Assembly: GCF_009914755.1 (NCBI RefSeq)
Contig: NC_060942.1
From: the human T2T-CHM13v2.0 reference genome, Homo sapiens
DNA: 64,000 nt
Reading direction: 5' to 3' (one strand)
Shown: positions 16,553 through 28,440 of the stretch, piece after piece
How positions within the stretch are numbered: the first letter of the stretch is position 1
How the letters are laid out: the number at the start of each line of letters is the position of its first letter
Program-made: the position numbers and the translations under genes
Notes under the pieces: model-generated
Told to the model about the DNA's origin: nothing
Databases searched by the model: none
What the model saw: the letters and a program-made list of their open reading frames with translations, nothing else

Positions 16553-19002
16553 TCTGTGATAAGTGTGGATTTATTTTAGGTGGGAACTCTGGTACTTGGT
16601 ATCAACACCTACCTTTTCAGATCAACACTGACTCAAATCTGCTTGAATAAATTTATATCCCCACGTGGATTAACTTACTTGGCTTGAATAATAAGTTCAC
16701 ATACCAACTTGTGGGTGGACTCCATACTTCTCTGCTGAGGAACAGGAAGTCCATCCCTCATCACTGAATGTGGACACGCATGAGCCTTAGGAAGCAGTCA
16801 GCTTTTCTTGTTTTGTTTCCCAAAGTTACATTTACTGACTTGTATCTGGCTCCATGAGGCCAGGACATGGTCATGGTGGTCAGTTCCAAAGAGAAGGAAA
16901 CGAGGTTACATACGTGGATGAGAATGGAAGAGGCATTGTGCAATTTGTTGGGATTTATCTCGCTTTTGTTCACACACAAAAGAAAAATCCATCTCCTGTG
17001 CCATTCCTCAAGTCACACAGTTTTGGGGTAATATTTGTGGAACAGCATTCCCCACGGATGCTCTTTATTATTTAAACAAATCATTCTTCCCAACAATTAT
17101 TCATTTTCAGGTTTTTCTTATATTTCATTGTTCTTCTCTCCCAAGTATGTAAGATGCAGTAATCATTACAAAATAACAGGAAATCTTAATATCTTCAAAT
17201 GCTAGATGTGTTCTGGCTTGAAAATATCATGTCTGCCCATGCTATAACCACTCGGCATTTCTCCAGTTGGTTAGGGCCATTTGTGATGATGATAATCTCA
17301 GCTGAGAGGTGTTGCTGACACCATTATTTCTTGAAAGAAACTGAAGGACCCGGCTTCTTTGTGTTCAGAAAGCATCTCATTTTGTTGTCTCAGTTCTTTG
17401 ATGTTGCCAGGAATCATTGAACTGTGAGAAGCTGAAAGAAAATTTATATTCCACAGAAATAATATTTTTGCTCAAAGCGGGAGCACAACATTGGGGTAGA
17501 ACTTTTGTTTCTGGAACTGGACACACATGGAGAGACCGACGATGAAAACCACCATGAAGACTTTGTCAAAATATTTTGTCCCATGGCCAAGCCCTTTCAC
17601 TGCTTACCTTATCAATAAAGGGCTCCAAATATTTATTTTTTACTGAGAAAGAAACTGAATTTGAGGAGCTGGCACCAGGTTGCACAAGTTATCTGTGATG
17701 CTGACACAGTTACAGCATTGCCTTCACAGGTCTGATGAATTGCTGCCAGATTTTAATTGGAACGTACACATGAAAAAGAGAGACTCTTTTGACTGTCTAT
17801 AAATAATCACAACAGCAGAAAAGCAGCAGCTATAGAAATAGTTACAGAAAATAAGAACTTCCCTTTGAAAACTGCAGGCTTTTTCAACTCTTCCTGTGGG
17901 TTCATCTCTCTGCTTCCTTGTACCTGGAATTATCTCCAAATCTAGGTTTTCCATTCTGTCCATACACTATGTGCTCACATCTGTTTTTTTTTTTTTTTTT
18001 CAGTATTAGTCTATTTAGGCAGTATTTGCTTTGGTTTTCAGAAGTTCTGGTGCATATGATTTAAAACTTTATTTTCAGTACATATTGGTTTAGGTTCTTA
18101 ACTCCCATGGGACACAGCATGCAGGAGAACTGAAATTGCTAAACAGGTGCTCTTTACCTTCTCAGGGGTTCTGTGCTGCACCCACATGCCATTCACCCCA
18201 GCTGTAATATATGTGTGTGAGGTCAAAGGGGTTAAAAGTGGCTCCTCAAAACTCACATACCATTATAATACTTGGAGAACTCAAGGACCTATGCCAATGA
18301 AAATATGTTGATTAAAATTAAGTTAACATTTAAAGATCTCCAGGCCAATTCAGAGGCCCTGATCTTTCAGCGAAGTGTGGGCTTCAGTTTTGCACTATGT
18401 GCTTTTCGAGCAGGTAAGGAGTCTAGCCTTTAGCTAGTTGAGGTTATTTGATCCAAACCAGCAGGTTAGGACATTCACACTATCAGCTCTCAACTCTTGG
18501 CCAGGAAGGCAGTTGTAGAGGAAGGCAGTTGTAGAAGAAGGTAATGAACAATCTCCACGCAAATCCATGTCTCAGGCTCTGTTTTCAATGGGTTACCAAG
18601 ATGAAGATAGTCACTCCACCAACCAAAAGCTGTGGACTATATCACCCTCCCACCCCTACAGCACAACAAAGATAGAGAAAGCAGTTGATTTACACCCAGA
18701 CAGAGAGGCCCACTTCCTGGGTAATAAGCAACTGACAGCAGGCATTTTGCATGCTGTCTACTGGAAGAAGCAGAGTTCCCTGGAAGAAGCAAAATTTTTA
18801 GCAGTGAATGAATGTGGGGATTTGCATTACATGCTTGAAGCAATTATAAGACCAAAGGCAAAGTCCTTTTTGCCATTGGTAGTGGAGACCCTCCTGCAGG
18901 GTGCAGAAAGGCACAGAAAAGGTGATGAGAGCTCTGGACACTACACCTGGATGATGAAAAAAGAATTCAGAGAGAAACAATTTACTTAGCCACAAATAGT
19001 TT

Positions 19003-19419
19003 TGGGAAAATTATCAGTATCAAAGTGGAGTCACCAATGTCAAATCTTAATACATGAAGCCAGGAGGCCATGAAAGAGGGACCTCCTGCACGCCTGCCTA
19101 TGATGGCAGTTGTGCAAGGAATTCCTCAAAGCTGCAGCATTCCAGATAAGCCGGTTGCACAAAGAAACTTTCCTCACAACAGCTGCCTCCACCCATGAGC
19201 TAATGCCAGCTCCTGCAACAAGGCCCTGTAACCAATGGTTTGTTTCAAAACAGCTTCTGCGGACTCCTTTTTTTCTTAAGAGCTTTCACTTTCCCCATTC
19301 CACTTTGATGTGCCTATGGTCTGCCATAGCACACATATCTTTCATTGCAATCCCTTGCTCTTCCTGAATGAATTCTTTGCTTTGAAGAGTTGGTCTCTGT
19401 CACTCATTTTAGATTGACA
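19003..19419 (+). mobile_element. ERV1 solo LTR (MER65-like, MER4 group)
   Basis: TG...CA termini with a 4-bp TSD gttt (18999-19002 and 19420-19423); CCAAT box; terminal ttttagattgaca. Confidence 0.7.
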
Positions 19420-19734
19420 GTTTAGAATTTCCCCAATTTTTATTAAGTTATATTTATACTGGAATTGTACTGCATGACACTTTTATGTGTGTACATGTAA
19501 GTATAACTATACTTATGAAAACTGGAAAGTCTATTTCATTCTCATACCATGAAATTTGATCAATCATTTTCAATCTTTTTATTGTCTTTATAAAGCCCTG
19601 AGTTAAAGAACTCTTTCAGGTATTGTTATAAATAAGTGACAGGGACAGGGAAGGTTTTGGTGTCTTCAATGAGAAGGTAGCTAAGCAGGAGGCTTCATGG
19701 AAGGCTGCCCCAGCAGAACTTATTTCTTTCTGGG

Positions 19735-20134
19735 TGTTATGGGCAGAATTGCATCTCCCCAAAATTCACATGCTGAAGTCCTAACCCCCAGGACTTTAGA
19801 ATGTGATCACATTTGGAGATAGAGCCTTTAAAGGGCTGATTAAGTTGAAGTGGGGTAATTAGGATGGGTCCTAATCCAATCTGACCAGTGTCCTTATATG
19901 AAGGGGAAATTTGGACATAGAGACAGAGACCATGCCTCTGTGAGACCATATGAAGACACAGGGAGAAGATGGCCACCTGCAAGCTGCGGAGAGAAGCCCA
20001 GGAGAAAACAAACCTGCCAGATGCTTTGTCTTGGGTTTCTAGCCTCCAGAACTATGAAAAAAAATAATAAATTTCTGTTGTTTAAGCCACTTACCCTGCG
20101 GTATTTTGTTATGCATCCCTAGCAGACTAATGCA
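19735..20134 (+). mobile_element. MLT1 (MLT1B-like) solo LTR
   Basis: tgttatgggcagaattg..cccaaaattcacatgctgaagtcctaacccc..aataaatttctgttgtttaagccac..gactaatgca; 5-bp TSD ctggg. Confidence 0.92.
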
Positions 20135-20554
20135 CTGGGTATGCTCTACTTTATATTTGCACTCAAGGGGACGGGATCAGTGGGAAGAAAGTCACCCACA
20201 GGGGCTGTGATGAGGCTATCTTAACCTTGAACCAAGAAGGCAGAGATGAACTACATGATTCTGAAATCCCTTTAGCACCCTGGCAGTTGAGGTAAGTCTG
20301 AGTTTTCCCCATCAGTCATTGTGATGGAATCAAAAGGAGCATTGGATTTAAGGTGATTCTGATGACAGCTTCTCCCTCCTGTTTCCCTGCCCTCCCATGC
20401 CCCCAAGAAGGTGTTACACATTCATTTTTGTTGTTGATGTTTTTGTCCACTCAGAGTGACCTATCTCCTCATCCATGCATATTCCCTTGTCAGAGTTTTT
20501 GGAACCAAAAGATAACATTTTTGAAAAATGACTGATCAGCATTCATGGTAGTCT

Positions 20555-20752
20555 AGTGTCATGGTTCCTAATCTTGAGCATGTATCAGAATCACCTGGAG
20601 CATTTGTTAAACTTGTTAGAACACAGATTGCTGGGTCCCACCTCCAGAATTTCTGATTCAACAGTCCTAGGGGTAGGCCTGAGAAGCTGCATTTTGAACA
20701 AACTCCCAGGTGATGCTGGTGCTGCTGTTTCAAGTATTTTGAGAACCATCAC
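20555..20752. mobile_element. MER5A
   Basis: atcagaatcacctggag..cagattgctgggtcccacc..ctcccaggtgatgctg..tttgagaacca. Confidence 0.88.
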
Positions 20753-22339
20753 CTAGGGCAATGGAACACAAGGAAACATTATTTGTTCACAATTCTCTGG
20801 CTCCAGCTCTAACCACCTTTACTCACCACAGCAGACAGAATAGGGGTGTGTGTGTGTGTGTGTGTGTGTTGTACCTGCATTTTAAATTAGGCCTAGGTTG
20901 GGGTAAATGTTGTCTTAGAGAGTTTCAGAAAAAGGTATGCTGCTGTGATTAAATTTTTCCTCAGATGAAGCTGCTGAGGAGGCCAACTCTATCCAGTAAA
21001 AAGACATTCTAAAAAATTCCATTTAGCAAACATTTGTCTTTAACGCAAATGAACAACAAACATACTATTTAAATTTTATTGGTTTTTTTCCTTATTGTGT
21101 GACTTTCTCTTAAAAAACCCTCAAAGGGAAGAAAAGTGTATAAGTACTACAGTGATCTGTAAGCTAATTATGATAATTCAATTTACATAGAGTTTCTATT
21201 CCTACAATTAGAAGCACTAAACTTATATTGAGCCACAGGAACAAAAAAAGGGCTAGCAGTGTCGACTCTTCTTATAGTAAAATTGAAGGGACAGTTCAAA
21301 GTGGTTTGTTCTAGAAGAGTTTTATCAATTATTATTTGAGTGACCATTGATTGTGACTTGGGAGTATTCTTGTGTGTGTGAAGATACTCAATAAATGTTT
21401 AGTCTTTGTTATGAGAGCAAGTGGTGTCAATTTGTCAAAAATTCCTAGAACAAAGGAATATAATTGTATTTATTACCAGCGAACTGCACACTTAAAATGG
21501 TTAAAATAGTAAAGTATATATGTGTATTTTACCCCAATAAAAATTAATAAATAAAATATTCTTGTTAATTGGGTGCTGAGTGTACTGCCACTCACTTGCA
21601 CACCTGACATTGAATACCAAGGGCAATGTGAGGAGGAGAGAGATACCCATTAAACTCTGGCAATAAGGAATCTCCTGTGCTTCCTTGTAAGTTTCAGGTA
21701 TTTTCATTGTAAGCACAATAGCCAACTCTAGCTAATAAGCAAAAACAAAAGAAAACAAATTGAGAGGAAGGAGAACTGGAATAATCTGTTATGTCTAACA
21801 ACAACAGCAATGACAGCAAAATCAGGCTTACCCTTGCAGGAGCCAGGGCAGCTTCAGGAACCTCAGTGACAAGATTTTGGGGACCTACTATTTGGAGCAC
21901 TGTGGTTAACACAATGAGACCCAACCTCAAGGGCTCTTGTTCTCTGGTTCTCCTTCCTCCACATGTTAAACATATGGGAAAGAAAATGTGACTGGCCAAG
22001 CTCAGGTCTGGTGTCAATACCTAGGTCAATTAGCTACGGCCAGGTGTGAACAGAAGGATGAAGGAACTGCAAGTCAGGCAGCTGTCTCAAGTGGCATTTA
22101 CTACACTCCTCTGCCATTTTACTCTGAAAGACTTTGATAAATTAAGCATCACCTTCCACTTTATCCCCCTCTTAATGTGCTCTCCTAGAGTAGCACCACA
22201 GGTGCCAGACTTACAACCTTTGTTTTCTCCTATTTAGTCTTAACCCTCGTTCCTAAAGCACAGGTATTTACACGAATGTATCTGGCTTAATTCATACTGA
22301 GGAGTGAATAACTGACAGCCCTTTGTTTACTGTATTTTT

Positions 22340-23008
22340 AAATTATTTTTTACATTTTGGTAAAACAGCCGGATACAGTGGCTTGCACCTGTGGTCTCAG
22401 CGACTTGGGCGACTGAAGCAAGAAGATCACTTGAGCCTAGGAGTTCGAGGCTACAGCAAGCTATGACCGTGCCACTGCACTCCAGCCTGGGCGTGACAGA
22501 GTAAGACCTAATCTCTAGATTTTTAGTAAAAAGTACATTACATAAAATTTACCTTATTAGCCACTTTTATGTGTACAGTTCTGTGGCATTAATTACATTC
22601 ACATTGCTATGCAACTATCACCACCGTCTGTCTGCAGAACTTTTAAACCTTTTCCAACTGAAACTTTGTACTCATTAAACAACTTCCCATTCCTTCCTTC
22701 CCCCAACTCCTGGTAATTTCTAATTTACTCTGTGTCTGCATAAATTTGCCTTCTCTAGTGACATCGTATAACTGGAATAATACAGTGTTTGTCCTTCTGT
22801 GACTGGCTTATTTCACTTAGCAGAATGTCTTCAAGGTTCATTGATGTTGCAGCATGTGTCAGAGTTTCCTTCCTTTTTTAAGGCTGAATAATATTCCACT
22901 GTGGGTATATCCCACATTATGTTTATCCATGCATCTATCTATGGACACCTGGGTTGTTTCTACCTTTTAGCTATTATGAATAATGCTGTTATGAACATGG
23001 GTATATGC
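22340..23008 (-). mobile_element. L1MB-type 3' end interrupted by an Alu monomer
   Basis: tgtacagttctgtggcattaattacattcac..ttcaaggttcattgatgttgcagcatgtgtcag..gctattatgaataatgctg. Confidence 0.8.
22368..22518 (+). mobile_element. Old Alu monomer (FLAM/FRAM-like)
   Basis: gatcacttgagcctaggagttcgaggctacagc..gccactgcactccagcctggg. Confidence 0.85.
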
Positions 23009-23019
23009 ATACTGTATTT

Positions 23020-24334
23020 TTTCCCATTGGGCTCATGAACAAAGTTGCCATGGCAGCAGAGACAATAATAAGCCCCCAGTATGAGTGGCAGGTTGATCAC
23101 ATTGGACCACTCTCATCATGGGAGGGAGAGTGTGTTATTCTCACTGGCATAGACACCTACCCTGGATATAGATTTGCCTTCCCTACTGAAATGCTTCTGC
23201 CAAAACCACCATCTGTGGATTCCAGAATGTCTTTTTCATCATCATGATATTCCACATAGTTCTGATTCTGCCAATAGAACTAATTTTACAGTAAATGTGG
23301 TTTGTCAATGGGCTCATGTTCATGAAATTCACCAGTTTCAGTCATCTAAACAACTAGCCTGAAGGAATGATGGAATGGCCTTTTGAAGGCTTAGTTGTAA
23401 CACCAGCTGTGTGGCAACACTTTGCAGGCTGGGGTAACATTCTCTAGAATATGGTATATTCTCCAAGTCAGCAAACAGTATGCCTTGATGCCTTTCCCAT
23501 AGTTATCATTCACGTGTCTAATGATGAAGGGGTAGAAATGGAAGTGATTCCTCCCACTGTTACCTCTAATGACTAGTAAGTGAATTTCACTCGTATGTGA
23601 AATTTTTGCTTCCCGTAGCTGCAATTCTGGGCTATGCTAGTCTAAAGATCTTAGTTCCAAAGACAGGGATGCTTCCATGAAGCACAAAGTGTTGGTTCCA
23701 TTAAACTGGAAGTTGAGATTGTCATCTTGGCAAAGAAAGGAGTGCCTGTACTAGCTGATGTGACTATTCTGACTATCAAGTGGAAATTGGTTTGCTACTC
23801 CACAGTGTGGGTAAGGAGGCTGTCCCGAATGCAGGAGAACCTGATAGTGCCTGTTAGAATTACTATGTCCTATAAGGAAAAACTACAGCAACCCCATATA
23901 GGCAGAACAGCTCTGGGCACAGACCTTTCAAGAAGGAAGGCTTAGGTCACCTGCCAGAAAGGGAATCACAACCAGCCAATGTTCTCGCTCAAAGTGAAGA
24001 GAATAGAAAATATGAAAACTTATTTCTTTCTTCCTTGCTCTGACTCTTCTTTTGTCTAACTTATGATACGTTAATAGTAGTTCACTTGATTATATACCTC
24101 AATACTTAAACTACAGGGTGGCAAAGGGTTGGGGGTGAACTAGCTACAAGAATGAGCATCACTAAAGAAGACTGAGTTTGTACTCTTTTTTGTAGAGAGT
24201 TTTGCTGTGTTTTCAGGTGTGTGAGAGACAGCTACATCACATTAGGTAGAAGCATGATGTTGCTTATGTCCTTATTTAGAAATTAAATATAGTTAAAGAG
24301 GTGCATATGGATGCCAAACTGACAACAGATGGAC
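23020..24334 (+). mobile_element. ERV-L internal fragment (integrase remnant to 3' end)
   Basis: WQVDHIGPLSSW..LTGIDTYPGYRFAFP resembles the HERV-L integrase core; gccaaactgacaacagatggac resembles the ERV-L pre-LTR (PPT) region. Confidence 0.85.
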
Positions 24335-24891
24335 TCTGGTGTTTTTTAACCATGTGGACTTGGTTAGGTTAGACCTATTTTCTCAGAATATACCGCTCTG
24401 TAGGATTCTGAGTTAGAGTCAGCCAGAAGACCAATTTGAAGAAGGTGGAAGTAACACAGCAGTTGTTGCCCTTGGGGGTCATTGCATTCGATGAGGTTAC
24501 AGCAGATGCAGTGGCACCAGTGGGCTCCAGCCTGTCCTTACTCTCCCCCTCTCCGCAGCCAGCTCTTCTTCTGAAGGATGACCACCTGGAATAAGAGCAG
24601 CCCTAGGCCCCCCACCTCACTCCAGGTGGCAGATCCACAGAGATGGTAGCGATACAGAAGCACAGCTTCCGATGGCTTCCCCGTGTCTTCAGTTTGCAGC
24701 CTTATTTCGGTGCTTGGACGTGCTTAACTTCTCAGGTTGGTGACTTCCCCCGAAACTCCAAATTCCTTCCTGGAACATCACTTTCCCCAGATCCTCCTAC
24801 GACCAGACAACGTCCCATTCTTGAACTAAATCCCTTGTGCCATAGAGAGCTCACAGTGCCTCTGCTTTCTGAGTGAACCCTGAATGATTCA
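24335..24891 (+). mobile_element. ERV-L 3' LTR (LTR41/LTR52-like)
   Basis: Directly follows the ERV-L internal sequence; ttaaccatgtggacttggttagg.. start and ..ctgctttctgagtgaaccctgaatgattca end. Confidence 0.65.
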
Positions 24892-24989
24892 AAATGCTGT
24901 ATCACACCAGGGGAAGAAACTTCCAAGTGGTGAGTGATTGAGAGAATAGTTCCTACTCCTGGAAACCAAATAATTGCTGGTTATTATCA

Positions 24990-25370
24990 TGTCATTATTA
25001 ACTAGTAATAATAGTAGCCGGCATTTACTGAGCACCCACCATATGCCAGACACACGGCCTTATATGCCTTGTGCCATTTAATACTCACAAAAACCTGCTG
25101 AGGTAGGTACTTGTCCTATTTTGCAGGTGAGAAAGTTTTTAGAGCTAGCTCAGTGCTGAAAATGTACACTCTTGACTATGCTATTTTCATAAAATTCTCC
25201 TCCACATGTCACACATTGAAATTATTTGTTTACATATCAGTGTCCTCTACTAGAATATGACATTTCAAGGTCAAAAAGTACATATTTTTGATATCTTCAT
25301 TCTTAAAGACAGAGTCTGAAAATTAGAAGGTCTATGATAAATGTTTGCTAAAGAAATTGATGAATAGAAG
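24990..25370. mobile_element. MIR and L2 fragments
   Basis: gcatttactgagcacccaccatatgccag (MIR-like); ctactagaatatg..ataaatgtttg..tgaat (L2 3' end-like). Confidence 0.6.
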
Positions 25371-25866
25371 GAACAGTGGTGAGAAGTGTGGCCGGCATTA
25401 GTACTTCTGGTTAAAGAAAACTGGCAGTGAGTCTTGCGACCGACATTTGTTCACATTTCCAGGATGGGAGCCTAGCTACATAAAAGAATTCAGAAAGAAT
25501 ACAGAGTAAGCATATGCTATTAATGGGAGCAATGGTGATAAAAAGAAAATGTTATTATCCAGATCACTTCACATTTTGGTGGGAGGTCAGGGACAACAGG
25601 GAAGGGCATGCATTTTATAGAAAAAGCATTTCAAAAAGTACTTTGGAATGTGGCATTTGTTTTTACTTTAAGGAGCACATACACCTACTTGGCAGTAGGG
25701 GGAGCAAGATGCAGGGAAATCTAAAATTTTACACTGGACAAAAAATGTGAAGACAACTGAGTCATCTAGGGATAAAAGCATGGGAAAGTGATTTGACACA
25801 AAGCTGTCTGAAATGGGCTATTGATATATTTTAAATACTAACTCCTTAACTTAAAATAGTTTTGAA

Positions 25867-26045
25867 TTGGATACTTGAAAGAGTGGGAGGGTGAGAGGGA
25901 ATGGGTGATGAGAAATAACTTAATGGGTACCAGGTACATTATTCAGGTGATGGACACAGTAAAAGCTCAGACTTCATCATTATTCAAGATATCCATGTAT
26001 CAAAATTGCACTTGTACTCTTTAAATTTATATGAATAAAAAAATA
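25867..26045 (+). mobile_element. Short L1PB/L1MA 3'UTR insertion
   Basis: aatgggtaccaggtacattattcaggtgatgg..ctcagacttcatc..tgcacttgtac plus A-tail; near-identical flanks taaaatagttttgaa / taaaatggtttttgaa. Confidence 0.8.
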
Positions 26046-26163
26046 AAATGGTTTTTGAAATTTCTCAGTAGAGCCCTAGCATTCTAGCACACACTCAAGG
26101 GAAAATTGGGCAATGATCAGTATAGGTTTTCAATAAGGATAGAGTAGGATACGTTGTTTTTTA

Positions 26164-26509
<346 letters not shown>

Positions 26510-28204
26510 TCACACCACATTTATGCCAATTAGACCCAGCCTTGAACACTTTGTGGTCTAAAGAAAACCAAAATTGAAGGGAAAACTAATGGTACCATTT
26601 AATTGAAATTCCCTAGGCATAATATAGTGTGATAAGATAAAATGTGTATTGCTATAAAGGTATGTTTTGCTTATTTTGTAAACAAGGATTATATTCTGCT
26701 TTGGAGTGCAAGGAGAAAGTCACAGTCTAGTTTTATGAAGACCAAACTAGAGAAAATCGAGTTATCTTAAAGTGTATGACATCTCCACAAATGAATGTTT
26801 ATGGCTTTACACTTGGAGTGTTCTTGGAACACTCTTCATAGCAAATCCTCCCTCAGAAGACCCCCACCTGGCATCAGAACAAACGTAAGTTCTTTCAAAA
26901 TTATTTTGACCATCTCTGAATTTTTTAATTTGAATCTAGGAGGAAAAATCCTGTATATTCAAATTGAGCAATGTAATTGGCTAATGAATTGTTATTATTT
27001 TAATTTAATGATGCAAACATTTTGAAATCAATTTCAATGCCTGTAAAGTTGACATTTGTTTGGTTCACCTCACTTTCAGGGCATTTTCTTGTCTAATTAA
27101 ACCCATGTAGCAAGGACCAGAGCTCCAAAATACTTCAGTCTTCACTTAGGCTGATAATTCTGATTATGGTGGGCATAATGAGAATCCAAACAATTTCACA
27201 TGAAAACCAAAATATAATATAAAAACTCTCCATGGAATTCATCAAGTCTTATGTATCGCTTTGCTAGTATAAATATGATCAAGTTTCTTCCTAAGCCTGG
27301 GCCATGACCAAATTCTATGACATATAAATTTTGTTTTGGAATTTTTCAATTTTTCTTAAGGTCACAGCCTATGTCATTAGAACTATGGCATACATAGCTT
27401 GTCAGTCCTATTATCTGCTTGAAGCAAAGGTTTTCTTGCTATGGCATGTGATGATTTATTCTCAAAAGTATTTATTTTTGTTCACAGACTTCAAAATCAG
27501 TAAGTTACAAAATTGACTTGCTTTAAGTTTCAATAGTTCGTTCATTGATGCACATGTGTGTGTGCACATACATGAACACTAATCACACCTCCAGGATCTC
27601 CTTCAGCCCATAACATTTGCAATTCAAAGTCCCAGGTATCCTTCCACTAATATTTCTATCATCAATTCTAATTTTTATTGCAATAGCCTGATTCCCAAAT
27701 CTGTAATTCAGGCCAAGACTCAGAAATCAATCTCAGGCAGGCATATTAGTTTTAGACATGATGGAAGAATGTTCCGGATTTTAATAGACAATCTTCCCCC
27801 TTCTTCTGTCTTTAAGATTATAAGGACTGCCTATAAATTAAAAGATACAATGGATGGATTACTCCTTATGAGACCCAAACTAGCATCTTTTTGCTGTCTT
27901 TCCTCCATGACTTAAATGTGCTGAAAGATGTTGGTAAAAGAGAAAGCATTAAAGATATAGATGCTCCTTGCTGTTCAAGTTGCCCTTTCTAATCTGAGTG
28001 AATGAAATCAGAGAAGAGTGAGGCAAGCCTGTGACACTTCCGGGATCTCATCATTTTCAGTGGATAAAAAGGCTTTGCATTCAACCCTCAGCACCAGGGG
28101 TTATAATCCAAACAGCCTTGTAGAGCTGGAATTTACAATTTTCTTCCAAAGGACTATGGGAGCATGTCTAAATAATTATACATCTCCACCATTGCGTAAA
28201 CCAG

Positions 28205-28440
28205 TTTAATTAACATTTTTCAGGCATGTCACATTTATACATTCACTAAATAATTTTCTAAAATTATGCTGCATTACAAGTTGCCACATATCAACTTGGA
28301 TTATTTTTACTCATGGCCCTAATCATGTCTGAATTTTATTTTCCTTTTTATATCCCTTTATTTTTTTTTGCTATAATTTGGTACTTCCATTGAAGATGAT
28401 TCATACTTACAGGCTAGCCAGATGCTTTGTTCAATTTATT
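28205..28440 (-). terminator. Candidate distal poly(A) signal cluster (long 3'UTR isoform)
   Basis: Minus-strand AATAAA at 28440-28435, 28362-28357 and 28340-28335, ATTAAA at 28210-28205, UGUA nearby (taca 28238-28241). Confidence 0.4.

Noticed and set aside
18567-18989. 140-aa ATG ORF in unique sequence
   Set aside because: No recognisable domain, promoter or splice context; compatible with chance. A BLASTP/PhyloCSF hit would change this.
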